Source: Candidatus Omnitrophota bacterium
GTDB lineage: Bacteria > Omnitrophota > Gorgyraeia > Gygaellales > Profunditerraquicolaceae
Direction of reading: 5' to 3'
NCBI GenBank assembly: GCA_043812955.1
Contig: JBDRLN010000040.1
Span: 685 to 64,684 of the forward strand
Length of the DNA: 64,000 nucleotides
The notes under the pieces are model-generated. The model saw only the letters and a program-made list of their open reading frames with translations, searched no databases and was not told the origin of the DNA. Positions 1 to 8,101 of this stretch are shown one piece after another (the stretch's first letter is position 1; each line of letters opens with the position of its first letter). Position numbers and translations under genes: made by a program.

Positions 1-159
1 AAGATGCAAAAGTTGTGTTTTGTTCTTAAGCATCAAAATAGTTTAAGTAATGCCGAGATCTCCCGGACTTTAAATTGCAGCCTGGCTACGGTAAAGGTAC
101 ATCTTTTCCGGGCAGTTCATAGTCTTCAAGATAAGCTCTGCGCCTATCTTGAAAAATAG
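1..159 (+). CDS. ECF-type RNA polymerase sigma factor, C-terminal fragment (region 4 HTH), truncated by the window edge
   Basis: Frame-1 translation ...LSNAEISRTLNCSLATVKVHLFRAVHSLQDKLCAYLEK*, matching the sigma-70 region-4 HTH. Stop TAG at 157-159. It lies directly upstream of a zf-HC2 anti-sigma gene. Confidence 0.6.
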   Translation, partial: KMQKLCFVLKHQNSLSNAEISRTLNCSLATVKVHLFRAVHSLQDKLCAYLEK

Positions 160-169
160 GAGGCCTAAG

Positions 170-664
170 ATGTTTAAGTGTATGCTTATAAAAAGAAAAT
201 TATACGATTATTTGGAAGGTGACCTTCGGGAAAAGCAGAGATGCCAGGTTAAGCAGCACTTGGATGTCTGTAGCTCTTGCCGCGCGAGATTTAATCAGGC
301 AGCCGAATTAATAAAGGCAGCCGCAGATAAAACCATACCCTCTCTATCCCAGCGTTTTTGGGATGATTTTAGGGTTGGGCTTGACGATAAACTTAACCGC
401 CGTTTGGTAGCTCCCTTTAAATTTAAGCCTGTTAGGGCCTGGAATTTAAAGCCGGTAATGGCCCTGGCTTTAATTTTGATGTTTATTTTAGGAGGCGGTA
501 TTTATAAGCATTACTCTAAGAGCTATTTTTATGCCGATGTTGATGCGCAACTTATTGCCGAAGCTGTTCTTTTAGCTGAGCTAGACCCGGGATCAGACTT
601 AAACATCGATGATGACGGTATCCTTAATTATCTAGACCAGCTTTCTAACCCAGGCGCTCTTTAA
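170..664 (+). CDS. Anti-sigma factor, zf-HC2 (HxxxCxxC) type with a C-terminal TM segment
   Basis: Motif HLDVCSSCRARF plus one predicted TM helix. ATG at 170 follows RBS AGGAGG (158-163). The ORF track starts at TTG 149. Confidence 0.6.
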   Translation: MFKCMLIKRKLYDYLEGDLREKQRCQVKQHLDVCSSCRARFNQAAELIKAAADKTIPSLSQRFWDDFRVGLDDKLNRRLVAPFKFKPVRAWNLKPVMALALILMFILGGGIYKHYSKSYFYADVDAQLIAEAVLLAELDPGSDLNIDDDGILNYLDQLSNPGAL

Positions 665-718
665 AAACCAAAAATACGGCACTTCTAATTTGGCTTGGGA
701 CAGATATCAAAATAATAT

Positions 719-746
719 TTGACAAATCTCCAAAGTATGTTAGAAT
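719..746 (+). promoter_or_regulatory. Sigma-70-like promoter for cspA: TTGACA, 16-nt spacer, TAGAAT
   Basis: TTGACA at 719-724 and TAGAAT at 741-746, about 125 nt upstream of the cspA start. Confidence 0.5.
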
Positions 747-781
747 CAATACGTAGTAAATAAGGGATGAAAAGTCAAAGC

Positions 782-821
782 CGTGTAAGGTTTAGATGGA
801 TCTAACCTTTACGGTTTTTTT
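782..821 (+). promoter_or_regulatory. Hairpin plus U-tract in the cspA 5' UTR (candidate transcription attenuator)
   Basis: CCGTGTAAGGTTTAGATGGATCTAACCTTTACGG followed by TTTTTTT, inside a roughly 125-nt leader. Cold-shock genes typically have long structured leaders. Confidence 0.4.
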
Positions 822-871
822 CATTTCTGCGATGTTTACTATAATGCGAGAAGGAAGGAGGTAGTACAAGA

Positions 872-1072
872 ATGGCAAGAGGTAAAGTAAAGTGGTTCTC
901 GAACCAAAAGGGTTATGGATTTATAACTCCTGAGTCAGGAAGTGACGTATTTGTGCATCATAGCGCAATCCAGGGTGATGGTTATAAAACATTAGACGAG
1001 GGTCAGGAAGTCGAATTTGAGATTGAAAAAGGTCCCAAAGGCGAACAAGCCACCAAAGTAGTCAAGTTATAA
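872..1072 (+). CDS. cspA: Cold-shock protein (CspA family)
   Basis: [34 protein letters not shown]..., carrying the canonical RNP1/RNP2 cold-shock domain motifs. 66 aa. Confidence 0.95.
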   Translation: MARGKVKWFSNQKGYGFITPESGSDVFVHHSAIQGDGYKTLDEGQEVEFEIEKGPKGEQATKVVKL

Positions 1073-1086
1073 CCCGCAATTAAATA

Positions 1087-1141
1087 CCCCGCCCTTTTGG
1101 TTTAAGCTGTATTAAATTACGCCAAAAGAGCGGGTTTTTTT
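1087..1141 (+). terminator. Rho-independent terminator after cspA; it may also attenuate the second csp gene
   Basis: Stem CCCCGCCCTTTTGG ... CCAAAAGAGCGGG followed by a T7 run. Confidence 0.7.
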
Positions 1142-1159
1142 AAAACAAGGAGAAGATAA

Positions 1160-1366
1160 ATGCATAAAGGCAAAATTAAGAAATTGGTCCGCGAAAGAGG
1201 TTTTGGTTTCATTAGCGATACTGACGGAAACGAAGTATTCTTTCATCAGTCCTCGCTCATTGATGTAAAATTTGAGGCTTTAAGCGAAGAGCAGGCAGTC
1301 GAGTTTGAGGTAGAAAAGTCGCCTAAAGGCCCACGGGCAATTAACGTTAAGGTCATTGCCGCTTAA
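1160..1366 (+). CDS. Cold-shock domain protein (second, divergent Csp)
   Basis: KGKIKKLVRERGFGFISDTDGNEVFFHQSSL. 68 aa with a cold-shock domain. Confidence 0.9.
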   Translation: MHKGKIKKLVRERGFGFISDTDGNEVFFHQSSLIDVKFEALSEEQAVEFEVEKSPKGPRAINVKVIAA

Positions 1367-1381
1367 AAACAGTTTCAAATA

Positions 1382-2677
1382 ATGAAAATAGTATTAATTG
1401 AACCGGCTGCGACAGAGGCGAATGTATATAGTAAATTACGTCTGCCTTTATTAGGCCCGGTATACTTGGGGACTATTCTTAAATGTCGCGGCCACCAGGT
1501 TGAAATTTTTAATGAGGATATTTACCAGCCTGATTATTCCCTTTTGGATGCCGATCTGATTGGTATCTCCGTTCTTACGTCCACATCCCGGCGTGGCTAC
1601 GAGATTGCTAAGAAATTTCCCAAAGAAAAGATAATTATGGGCGGAGTGCATGCCAGCCTTTTACCTGAAGAATCACTTAAGTTTGCTCGCCAGGTAGTGA
1701 TTGGTGAAGCTGAAGATGTGATTATCGACATAGTCGAGGGCAGGCTTAAAGACAAGATTGTCCAGGGCAGGCCGGTTCAGGATTTAGATAAATTACCCTA
1801 CCCGGATTTTTCTTTAATCAAAAACTACAAACCTGGTTCATTTTCTGTCGTTCCGGTTTCTACTTCCCGGGGCTGTCCTTTTGACTGCACATTTTGCGCG
1901 GTAACTAAGGTTTTTGGCCGCGAATACCGTTTCCGCAGCGCGGAAAACGTGATGCGGGAATTGTCATCCCGCGGCGAGAGGCCGCTGTTCTTTTGTGATG
2001 ATAATTTTGCCGCTCATCCTGCGCGGGCCAGGGACTTATTAAAGCTGATGTTAAGAAATAAGACCGGTAAATGGGCTTGCCAGGTGCGCTGTGACGCAGC
2101 TCGCGACAAGGAGTTGTTGGGTTTAATGTCTGAAGCTGGTTGTTCAGTAGTCTGCATTGGATTTGAATCAGTGAATAGTAAAACTCTACAGTTTTATAAG
2201 AAAAAGCAGACCGTCGATGATATTGTGAATGCCATCAGGTCTTTTCATAAAAAAAAGATCAAAGTCCATGGTATGTTTGTTTTAGGCGGCGATGATGATA
2301 CCCGTAAGACAGTTTGGGATACTTTAAAATTCGCCATAAAACAGAAGATAGATACCATACAGATGATGATTCTGACTCCTTTGCCCGGGACAAAAGTTTA
2401 CGATGAATTAAAAGCTCAAAGAAGGATTTTTAATTTTGATTGGTCGCTTTATGATGGCCAGCATGTGGTTTTTAATCCCAAATTGCTTTCCGCCAAACAA
2501 CTCCAGCTGGATGTGATCAAGGCCTATACTAAATTTTATTCCCTATCTAGGCTATTCTCCCTCCTTTTAAAGTTTCGTTTCCGCAATGTTCTATTCCGTT
2601 TTATGGGTTATCGCATCGTAAAAAAATGGAAGCGGAACAATCATAAAATGCCCTGGCTGATCCTAAAATCGGCTTGA
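1382..2677 (+). CDS. B12-binding domain radical SAM protein
   Basis: N-terminal cobalamin-binding-like domain (MKIVLIEP...GISVLTS) and radical SAM motif CPFDCTFCAV. 431 aa. Confidence 0.85.
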   Translation: MKIVLIEPAATEANVYSKLRLPLLGPVYLGTILKCRGHQVEIFNEDIYQPDYSLLDADLIGISVLTSTSRRGYEIAKKFPKEKIIMGGVHASLLPEESLKFARQVVIGEAEDVIIDIVEGRLKDKIVQGRPVQDLDKLPYPDFSLIKNYKPGSFSVVPVSTSRGCPFDCTFCAVTKVFGREYRFRSAENVMRELSSRGERPLFFCDDNFAAHPARARDLLKLMLRNKTGKWACQVRCDAARDKELLGLMSEAGCSVVCIGFESVNSKTLQFYKKKQTVDDIVNAIRSFHKKKIKVHGMFVLGGDDDTRKTVWDTLKFAIKQKIDTIQMMILTPLPGTKVYDELKAQRRIFNFDWSLYDGQHVVFNPKLLSAKQLQLDVIKAYTKFYSLSRLFSLLLKFRFRNVLFRFMGYRIVKKWKRNNHKMPWLILKSA

Positions 2678-2709
2678 ACAAAATCCAGATATAACATATA
2701 ATAAAGCGG

Positions 2710-3813
2710 ATGAAAAACTCTTCAGCTTTAATTTTCGCTATAATCATTCTCTTCGGTTTAATTGGTTTTTCTATTTTGCTGCCGGACATCCTGGCCCAGA
2801 CTCAGCCTAAAGAAGCGCTCTACTATCAAAAATTAGATAAAAAATCAGTACAGTGTCAGTTATGCCCCAGAAACTGTGTTATATCAGCGGGGAAGCGCGG
2901 GTTTTGCGGGATAAGAGAGAACCGGGACGGTAAATTATACGCGCTATCTTACTCTAAGCCGGTAGCTATTCATGTCGACCCCATTGAGAAAAAACCATTA
3001 TTTCACTTTCTGCCTGGTTCCCGGGCATTTTCAGTTGCTACAGCCGGGTGTAATTTAAAGTGTAATTTTTGCCAGAATTGGGAGATCTCCCAAAAAATAC
3101 CCGAAGAGGTTAATTTTGTTTATATGGCTCCGGAAGAGCTGGTACGTCAGGCAGCTGCTTCAGGGGCTAGGAGTATTGCTTATACTTATACGGAGCCGAC
3201 TATATTCTATGAATACATGCTGGATACGGCCAGGCGAGCCAAGTTGCAGGGCCTAAAGCATGTCATGCATTCCAGCGGTTATATTAATGAAGAGCCCTTA
3301 AAGGAATTATGCCTTTATCTTGACGGGGCTAATATAGACTTAAAAGGATTTAGCGAAGAATTCTACGCTAAAATGTGTCAGGGGGCTCTTGAACCGGTTT
3401 TAAAAAGCCTGAAAGTCTTAAAAAACGCCGGCGTGCATCTTGAGATCACTAATTTGGTAATTCCCGGAGCAAATGATGACCCGGAATTAATTAAGAAGAT
3501 GTGTTTATGGATAAAAGATAATTTAGGGGCTGACACGCCCCTGCATTTTTCCCGTTTTTATCCTTTGTATAAATTAAGCAGCCTTAGCCCTACTCCTTTA
3601 GAGGCCTTGGAGAGAGCCAGGCAGATAGCAATAGATGCGGGATTGAAATATGTATATATAGGTAACTTGGCCGGCCATCAGGCGGAGAATACAAATTGCC
3701 CGAAATGTTTGAAGCAAGTTATCGGGCGCCAAGGCTACATTATAACTGAAAATAACCTGGAAAAAGGTAGGTGTAAATTCTGTGGAGAAAAGATTGAAGG
3801 CATATGGGAATAA
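2710..3813 (+). CDS. amrS: AmmeMemoRadiSam system radical SAM enzyme (PFL-activase-like)
   Basis: Radical SAM CNLKCNFCQNW, an N-terminal Cys cluster CQLCPRNC...FCG, and a C-terminal CPKC...CKFCGE. The architecture matches the TIGRFAM AmmeMemoSam_rS family. Confidence 0.85.
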   Translation: MKNSSALIFAIIILFGLIGFSILLPDILAQTQPKEALYYQKLDKKSVQCQLCPRNCVISAGKRGFCGIRENRDGKLYALSYSKPVAIHVDPIEKKPLFHFLPGSRAFSVATAGCNLKCNFCQNWEISQKIPEEVNFVYMAPEELVRQAAASGARSIAYTYTEPTIFYEYMLDTARRAKLQGLKHVMHSSGYINEEPLKELCLYLDGANIDLKGFSEEFYAKMCQGALEPVLKSLKVLKNAGVHLEITNLVIPGANDDPELIKKMCLWIKDNLGADTPLHFSRFYPLYKLSSLSPTPLEALERARQIAIDAGLKYVYIGNLAGHQAENTNCPKCLKQVIGRQGYIITENNLEKGRCKFCGEKIEGIWE

Positions 3814-5368
3814 TGCGGAATTAAATGGCGTAGCAATGGGATTAATCCGGATAATCTTTATTTTTACTCTGTGCTCTGTGCTCTGTGCTCCTAGCTCATG
3901 GGCTGAAGAAATCAAGCAGCCGAATGTTGCCGGTAAATTCTATCCTGATAATTCCCGGGAATTATCAGGCCAAGTAGATAAATACCTCACTGAGGCAGAG
4001 CCTGAAACTATTAACGGAGAAATATTCGCCTTAGTTGTCCCTCATGCTGGTTATGATTTCTCCGGGCCAACCGCGGCTTATGCCTACAAATTAGTCAAAG
4101 ATTTACCTTATAAAACTGTAATTATTATTGCTCCCAGCCATTATTATGGATTCCGGGGAGTTTCAGTATATCCTTCGGGATTTTTCCGGACTCCTTTAGG
4201 CGATATTGAAATCGATAAGGATTTTGCTTCTAAATTGCTTTATCGGGATCCGGAGATATTGTTTGAGCCTCAGCCTTTTGCCCAGGAACATTCCGTAGAG
4301 GTCCAGCTTCCGTTTTTGCAGAGAAGTCTTTCTGACTGGAAAATCGTTCCTATTATTATGGGTGATTGCACTCTGTTAACCTGTAAAAAACTAGCTGGCT
4401 TAATTAAAGAAGCAGTTGGCCTGCGTAAAGATGTTTTGGTGGTAGCTTCCACTGATATGTATCATGGCCATGATTATCAAGAATGCCCGATAGTTGATAA
4501 CCTAACCAGCTCTTTATTAAATAATCTGGATGACGAAGGACTGTATTATGGTTTGCGCGAAGGTAAATTACAACTTTGCGGAGGCCTGCCGGTTGTAACT
4601 ACTTTGATTTTGGCCAAAAGCCTGGGACATATTGAGTCCAAGCTTTTAAAATATACCAATTCAGCTGAAGTAACCGGAAACAAAATTAAAGGGGTTTGGA
4701 CAGTAGGGTATTCCAGTTGGGCTATTGATGCTTCGACAGAGCAGGGCATCGACCCTGAGCAGGGTCGAAGGGTCGATCAGAGTCAAAATAAGGGGGAGGC
4801 AGGGATGTTTAATCTAAAACAAAAGAGGAGATTAATAGAGATTGCCCGTTCTTCAATAGAGGCCTATTTAAAAACCGGCAGAAGGCCGGAGGTTAAAGAG
4901 TCTGATCCGCAGTTGCTTAAATCAATGGGGGCTTTTGTAACTTTAAATGAACACGGCCAGTTACGCGGCTGTATCGGTAACCTTATCGGAAACCAGCCGT
5001 TATATCTTACAATTAGAGATATGGCAGTAGAGGCAGCAGTAAGCGACCCGCGTTTTTTGCCAGTCAAATTAATTGATTTGGCAAATATTGAAATTGAAAT
5101 TTCAGCGCTTTCTCCTATGGAAAGGGTTGATTCTGCGGATAAGATTATTTTAGGTAAGCACGGAGTATTGGTAAGAAAAGGTTTTAAGAGCGGAGTATTT
5201 CTTCCCCAGGTAGCTACTGAAACCGGATGGTCAAAAGAGGAATTTCTGGCTAATTTATGCAGCCATAAAGCAGGGTTAGCGCCAGATGCCTGGAAGGATA
5301 AATTGGTTGAACTTTATATTTTTAATGCCGAGGTTTTTTCCGAGAAAGAATTAAAGGCCGATGAATAA
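3782..5368 (+). CDS. Fusion of Memo-like protein (AmmeMemoRadiSam protein B) and AMMECR1-domain protein (protein A), with a signal-peptide-like N-terminus
   Basis: Memo motif VVPHAGYDFSGPTAAYAY in the N half and AMMECR1 motif GAFVTLNEHGQLRGCIGN in the C half. The N-terminus MGLIRIIFIFTLCSVLCAPSSWA-EE has an alternative start at 3836. Confidence 0.8.
   Translation: MEKRLKAYGNNAELNGVAMGLIRIIFIFTLCSVLCAPSSWAEEIKQPNVAGKFYPDNSRELSGQVDKYLTEAEPETINGEIFALVVPHAGYDFSGPTAAYAYKLVKDLPYKTVIIIAPSHYYGFRGVSVYPSGFFRTPLGDIEIDKDFASKLLYRDPEILFEPQPFAQEHSVEVQLPFLQRSLSDWKIVPIIMGDCTLLTCKKLAGLIKEAVGLRKDVLVVASTDMYHGHDYQECPIVDNLTSSLLNNLDDEGLYYGLREGKLQLCGGLPVVTTLILAKSLGHIESKLLKYTNSAEVTGNKIKGVWTVGYSSWAIDASTEQGIDPEQGRRVDQSQNKGEAGMFNLKQKRRLIEIARSSIEAYLKTGRRPEVKESDPQLLKSMGAFVTLNEHGQLRGCIGNLIGNQPLYLTIRDMAVEAAVSDPRFLPVKLIDLANIEIEISALSPMERVDSADKIILGKHGVLVRKGFKSGVFLPQVATETGWSKEEFLANLCSHKAGLAPDAWKDKLVELYIFNAEVFSEKELKADE
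3867..3890 (+). repeat. Heptanucleotide tandem repeat (CTCTGTG)x3 inside the 5' coding region
   Basis: Three exact direct copies of CTCTGTG encode LCSVLCSVLC of the signal-like segment. The unit length is not a multiple of 3. Confidence 0.8.
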
Positions 5369-6026
5369 ACATTTTATTCTGAATATGTTTTTAACCGGCT
5401 TATTATTCGGCTCAGGCCCTTGCTTAGCCAGCTGCGGCCCCATCCTGGTAACTTATATTGCCGGGACTAAAAAGAATATAGCTAAAGCCGTAATCAGTTA
5501 TGTTTTATTTTCTTTAAGTCGAATATTGGTATATCTGGTTTTAAGCCTGGCAATTTTTTTTATCGGGGCATTAAGCGTTGAGAAGATTAGCCTTAATTAT
5601 TCCGGGCTGGTATATAAAATTGGAGGCGGTTTTATTGTTTTGATCGGATTATTTATGGTTTTAGGGAAAAGAATAGGGTATCCGCATTTTTTAAATAGCC
5701 TGAGCAAAGGGCTCTTAGAAAAAGATAAGAAAAGTGTTTGTTTATTAGGTTTAATAGTCGGGCTGCTTCCTTGCGCGCCGTTATTAGCGGTATTTTCATA
5801 TATTGCCCTGGCAGCTAAGTCTACTCTTGAGAGTTTAGTTTATGGCCTATCTTTTGGAATAGGCACGATTCTTTCTCCTTTGATTTTATTAGTAATAGCC
5901 AGCGGGGCATTATCCGGTTTTATCCGCAAAAAAGAAGAGGTATATCGGCGGGTATTTAGTCTGGCCTGTGGATTAATTATTATTTTCTTAGGTCTACAAT
6001 TGATATTAAGAGGGATTAATGGTTAG
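5361..6026 (+). CDS. Polytopic membrane protein, DsbD_2/UreH-like family (CxxxC in the first TM)
   Basis: About 6 TM helices, GSGPCLASCGPIL and LLPCAPLL motifs. The family call is from memory and unverified. Confidence 0.45.
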   Translation: MNKHFILNMFLTGLLFGSGPCLASCGPILVTYIAGTKKNIAKAVISYVLFSLSRILVYLVLSLAIFFIGALSVEKISLNYSGLVYKIGGGFIVLIGLFMVLGKRIGYPHFLNSLSKGLLEKDKKSVCLLGLIVGLLPCAPLLAVFSYIALAAKSTLESLVYGLSFGIGTILSPLILLVIASGALSGFIRKKEEVYRRVFSLACGLIIIFLGLQLILRGING

Positions 6027-6753
6027 GGTTTTTTGTTTAAGCAAGGATATTTCGGGGAACAGAATTACGCTTACTGATAAGGATCAGATCCATCATTTAA
6101 GAGATGTTCTAAGGCTAAAAAAAGATGAGAAAATTGTTGCCTGCGATGAAAAAGGAGATGAATATATTACTCTGATCGATAGTATTAAACCGGGGGATAT
6201 GGTCTTAAGGATTAAAGAGAGAAAAGTATTGGTTATGGATAATAAGCCGAAGATCACTATTGCCTGCGCTATTCCTAAGAAATCCAATATGGATGATATT
6301 ATTGACAAATTGACTCAAGTGGGAGTGGATAGGATAATTCCTTTACAGACCGAAAGAGTTATTGTCAGGATCGGGCAGGATAAAAAGATATTCCGCCAGG
6401 AGCGCTGGAATAAGATTGCGCTTAATGCCAGCCGGCAAAGCCTGAGAAAGTTCCTGCCGGTAGTGGATCCGATTAAGGATATAAAAAAGGTTTTAACTGA
6501 TTTGGATGAGTTTGATTTAAGATTAATACCCACGCTTGAAGGCAAAAGAATTACCATAAAAGAAACCTTAAAAAATCCAAACTTGAAGAATATTATTGTA
6601 TTTATCGGTCCGGAGGGAGATTTCACGCTTGAGGAAATAGCCTGGGCCAAGAAATCAGGCTGTATCCCGGTTACCTTGGGAGATTTGGTTTTGAGGGTTG
6701 AGACCGCGGCTGTTGCGGTTGCCGGTTTCCTGAGGTTTTATGAAAACCGCTAA
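6019..6753 (+). CDS. rsmE: 16S rRNA (uracil1498-N3)-methyltransferase RsmE
   Basis: PUA-like N-terminus and a C-terminal SPOUT fold with IGPEGDFT...LG motifs. Confidence 0.85.
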   Translation: MVRVFCLSKDISGNRITLTDKDQIHHLRDVLRLKKDEKIVACDEKGDEYITLIDSIKPGDMVLRIKERKVLVMDNKPKITIACAIPKKSNMDDIIDKLTQVGVDRIIPLQTERVIVRIGQDKKIFRQERWNKIALNASRQSLRKFLPVVDPIKDIKKVLTDLDEFDLRLIPTLEGKRITIKETLKNPNLKNIIVFIGPEGDFTLEEIAWAKKSGCIPVTLGDLVLRVETAAVAVAGFLRFYENR

Positions 6754-8101
6754 CCCTTCGACTGGGCTTAAGGGTAATGGAGAGCGTAGTCGAAGAGTTA
6801 GGCTAATCACCCTGGGATGTAAAGTAAATCAATATGAGACCCAGGTAATCCGGGAAAATCTTCTTAAGGCCGGATTCAAAGAATCAGAAAAAAACCTTCC
6901 CGCTGATATCTACGTTATTAATACCTGTACAGTTACTCATAAGGCTGATCAGGAATCGCTTTATTATATTAATCGATCAAGGCGTCTTAACCCCAAAGCG
7001 AAAATTATTGTAACCGGATGCCTGGCTGAATTGGATAAACGGATTATTTCCCGCCAAAAAGGAATAAGCCTCATTGTTAAGAATAAAGATAAATATAGAA
7101 TAGCTAAGTTGCTAAAAGGTTCAGGCTCTAACAATGGCTCAAATATAACCGGTTTTCATAAACATACCCGGGCATTTCTTAAGATCCAGGATGGCTGTGA
7201 TAATTTTTGTACTTATTGCAAGGTTCCGCTGGTCCGGGGCGCTTCCCGCAGCCGGCCATTAAGCGAAATACTGGAAGAAGCCCAGGCTTTAGTGAAAAAT
7301 GGTTTTAAAGAAATAGTCTTGACCGGAATATGCCTAGGGTCGTATGGAAAAGATGTGGGTAGAGGTAAAGGTAGAGGTAAAGGTAGAGGTAAAGGCATAG
7401 ATTTAGTTGGGTTAATTAAAGAGCTGGAAAAAATAAAGGGGTTAATCCGGATTCGCTTGAGTTCTATTGAGGCCAAAGATGTAACGGATGAGCTTATTGG
7501 CAGGATAGCTAAATCTAAAAAATTATGCCGGCACCTGCATATACCTATTCAAAGCGGAGATAACCAGATCTTAAAGGCGATGAACCGTAAATATTCCCGT
7601 CAGGATTACCTGGGCCTGGTCAGAAAGATTAAAAATAATATTGCGGATATTGCTATTACTACCGATTGTTTAGTCGGTTTTCCCGGGGAAAGAGAAGATA
7701 ATTTTCAGAATACCGTGGATTTAGTTAAAGAGATAGTTCCTCTAAAAGTGCATATATTTCCTTATAGTGAAAGAAAAGCCACTTCGGCCTATAATTTAAA
7801 AGATAAGATCCCATCCAATATTGTCAGGGACAGGATGATTTACCTTAAAATAATTGCTAATAAATGCGCTTTAGAGTTCCGGAAGAAATTTCTCGATAAG
7901 AGGATGGATGTTTTAATTGAAGGGATGGTCAAGGGTAGCCAAGGTCTTTGGCAGGGCCATACTGATAATTACCTTAAAGTCATGGTAACATCTGATAAGG
8001 ATATCCGCAATCGCATCCTATTGGTTAAGTTAAAAGATATAAAAAGGGACAGCGACTATTTTCTTGCGTCAAAAAGGAAACGGGGTCAGAATTATTTTTA
8101 G
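6740..8101 (+). CDS. mtaB: MiaB-family methylthiotransferase (MtaB-like), carrying an internal (GRGK)3 insertion
   Basis: N-terminal MTTase domain (ITLGCKVNQYETQ), radical SAM CDNFCTYC and a TRAM-like C-terminus. The 3' end reads into the left REP half. Confidence 0.85.
   Translation: MKTANPSTGLKGNGERSRRVRLITLGCKVNQYETQVIRENLLKAGFKESEKNLPADIYVINTCTVTHKADQESLYYINRSRRLNPKAKIIVTGCLAELDKRIISRQKGISLIVKNKDKYRIAKLLKGSGSNNGSNITGFHKHTRAFLKIQDGCDNFCTYCKVPLVRGASRSRPLSEILEEAQALVKNGFKEIVLTGICLGSYGKDVGRGKGRGKGRGKGIDLVGLIKELEKIKGLIRIRLSSIEAKDVTDELIGRIAKSKKLCRHLHIPIQSGDNQILKAMNRKYSRQDYLGLVRKIKNNIADIAITTDCLVGFPGEREDNFQNTVDLVKEIVPLKVHIFPYSERKATSAYNLKDKIPSNIVRDRMIYLKIIANKCALEFRKKFLDKRMDVLIEGMVKGSQGLWQGHTDNYLKVMVTSDKDIRNRILLVKLKDIKRDSDYFLASKRKRGQNYF
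7358..7393 (+). repeat. In-frame minisatellite (GGTAGAGGTAAA)x3 inside mtaB
   Basis: Three exact 12-nt copies encoding GRGKGRGKGRGK. Related GGTARAGGTA repeats occur in intergenic DNA at 16231-16261 and 58713-58807. Confidence 0.85.

Noticed and set aside
1451-7476. Numerous minus-strand ORFs of 60-113 aa nested inside + strand genes (for example 1451-1651, 2601-2789, 3598-3915, 6315-6650, 7213-7476)
   Set aside because: They lie fully inside well-supported conserved genes, have no RBS and show low-complexity translations. 7213-7476 merely reads the GGTAGAGGTAAA repeat as PLPLPLPL.
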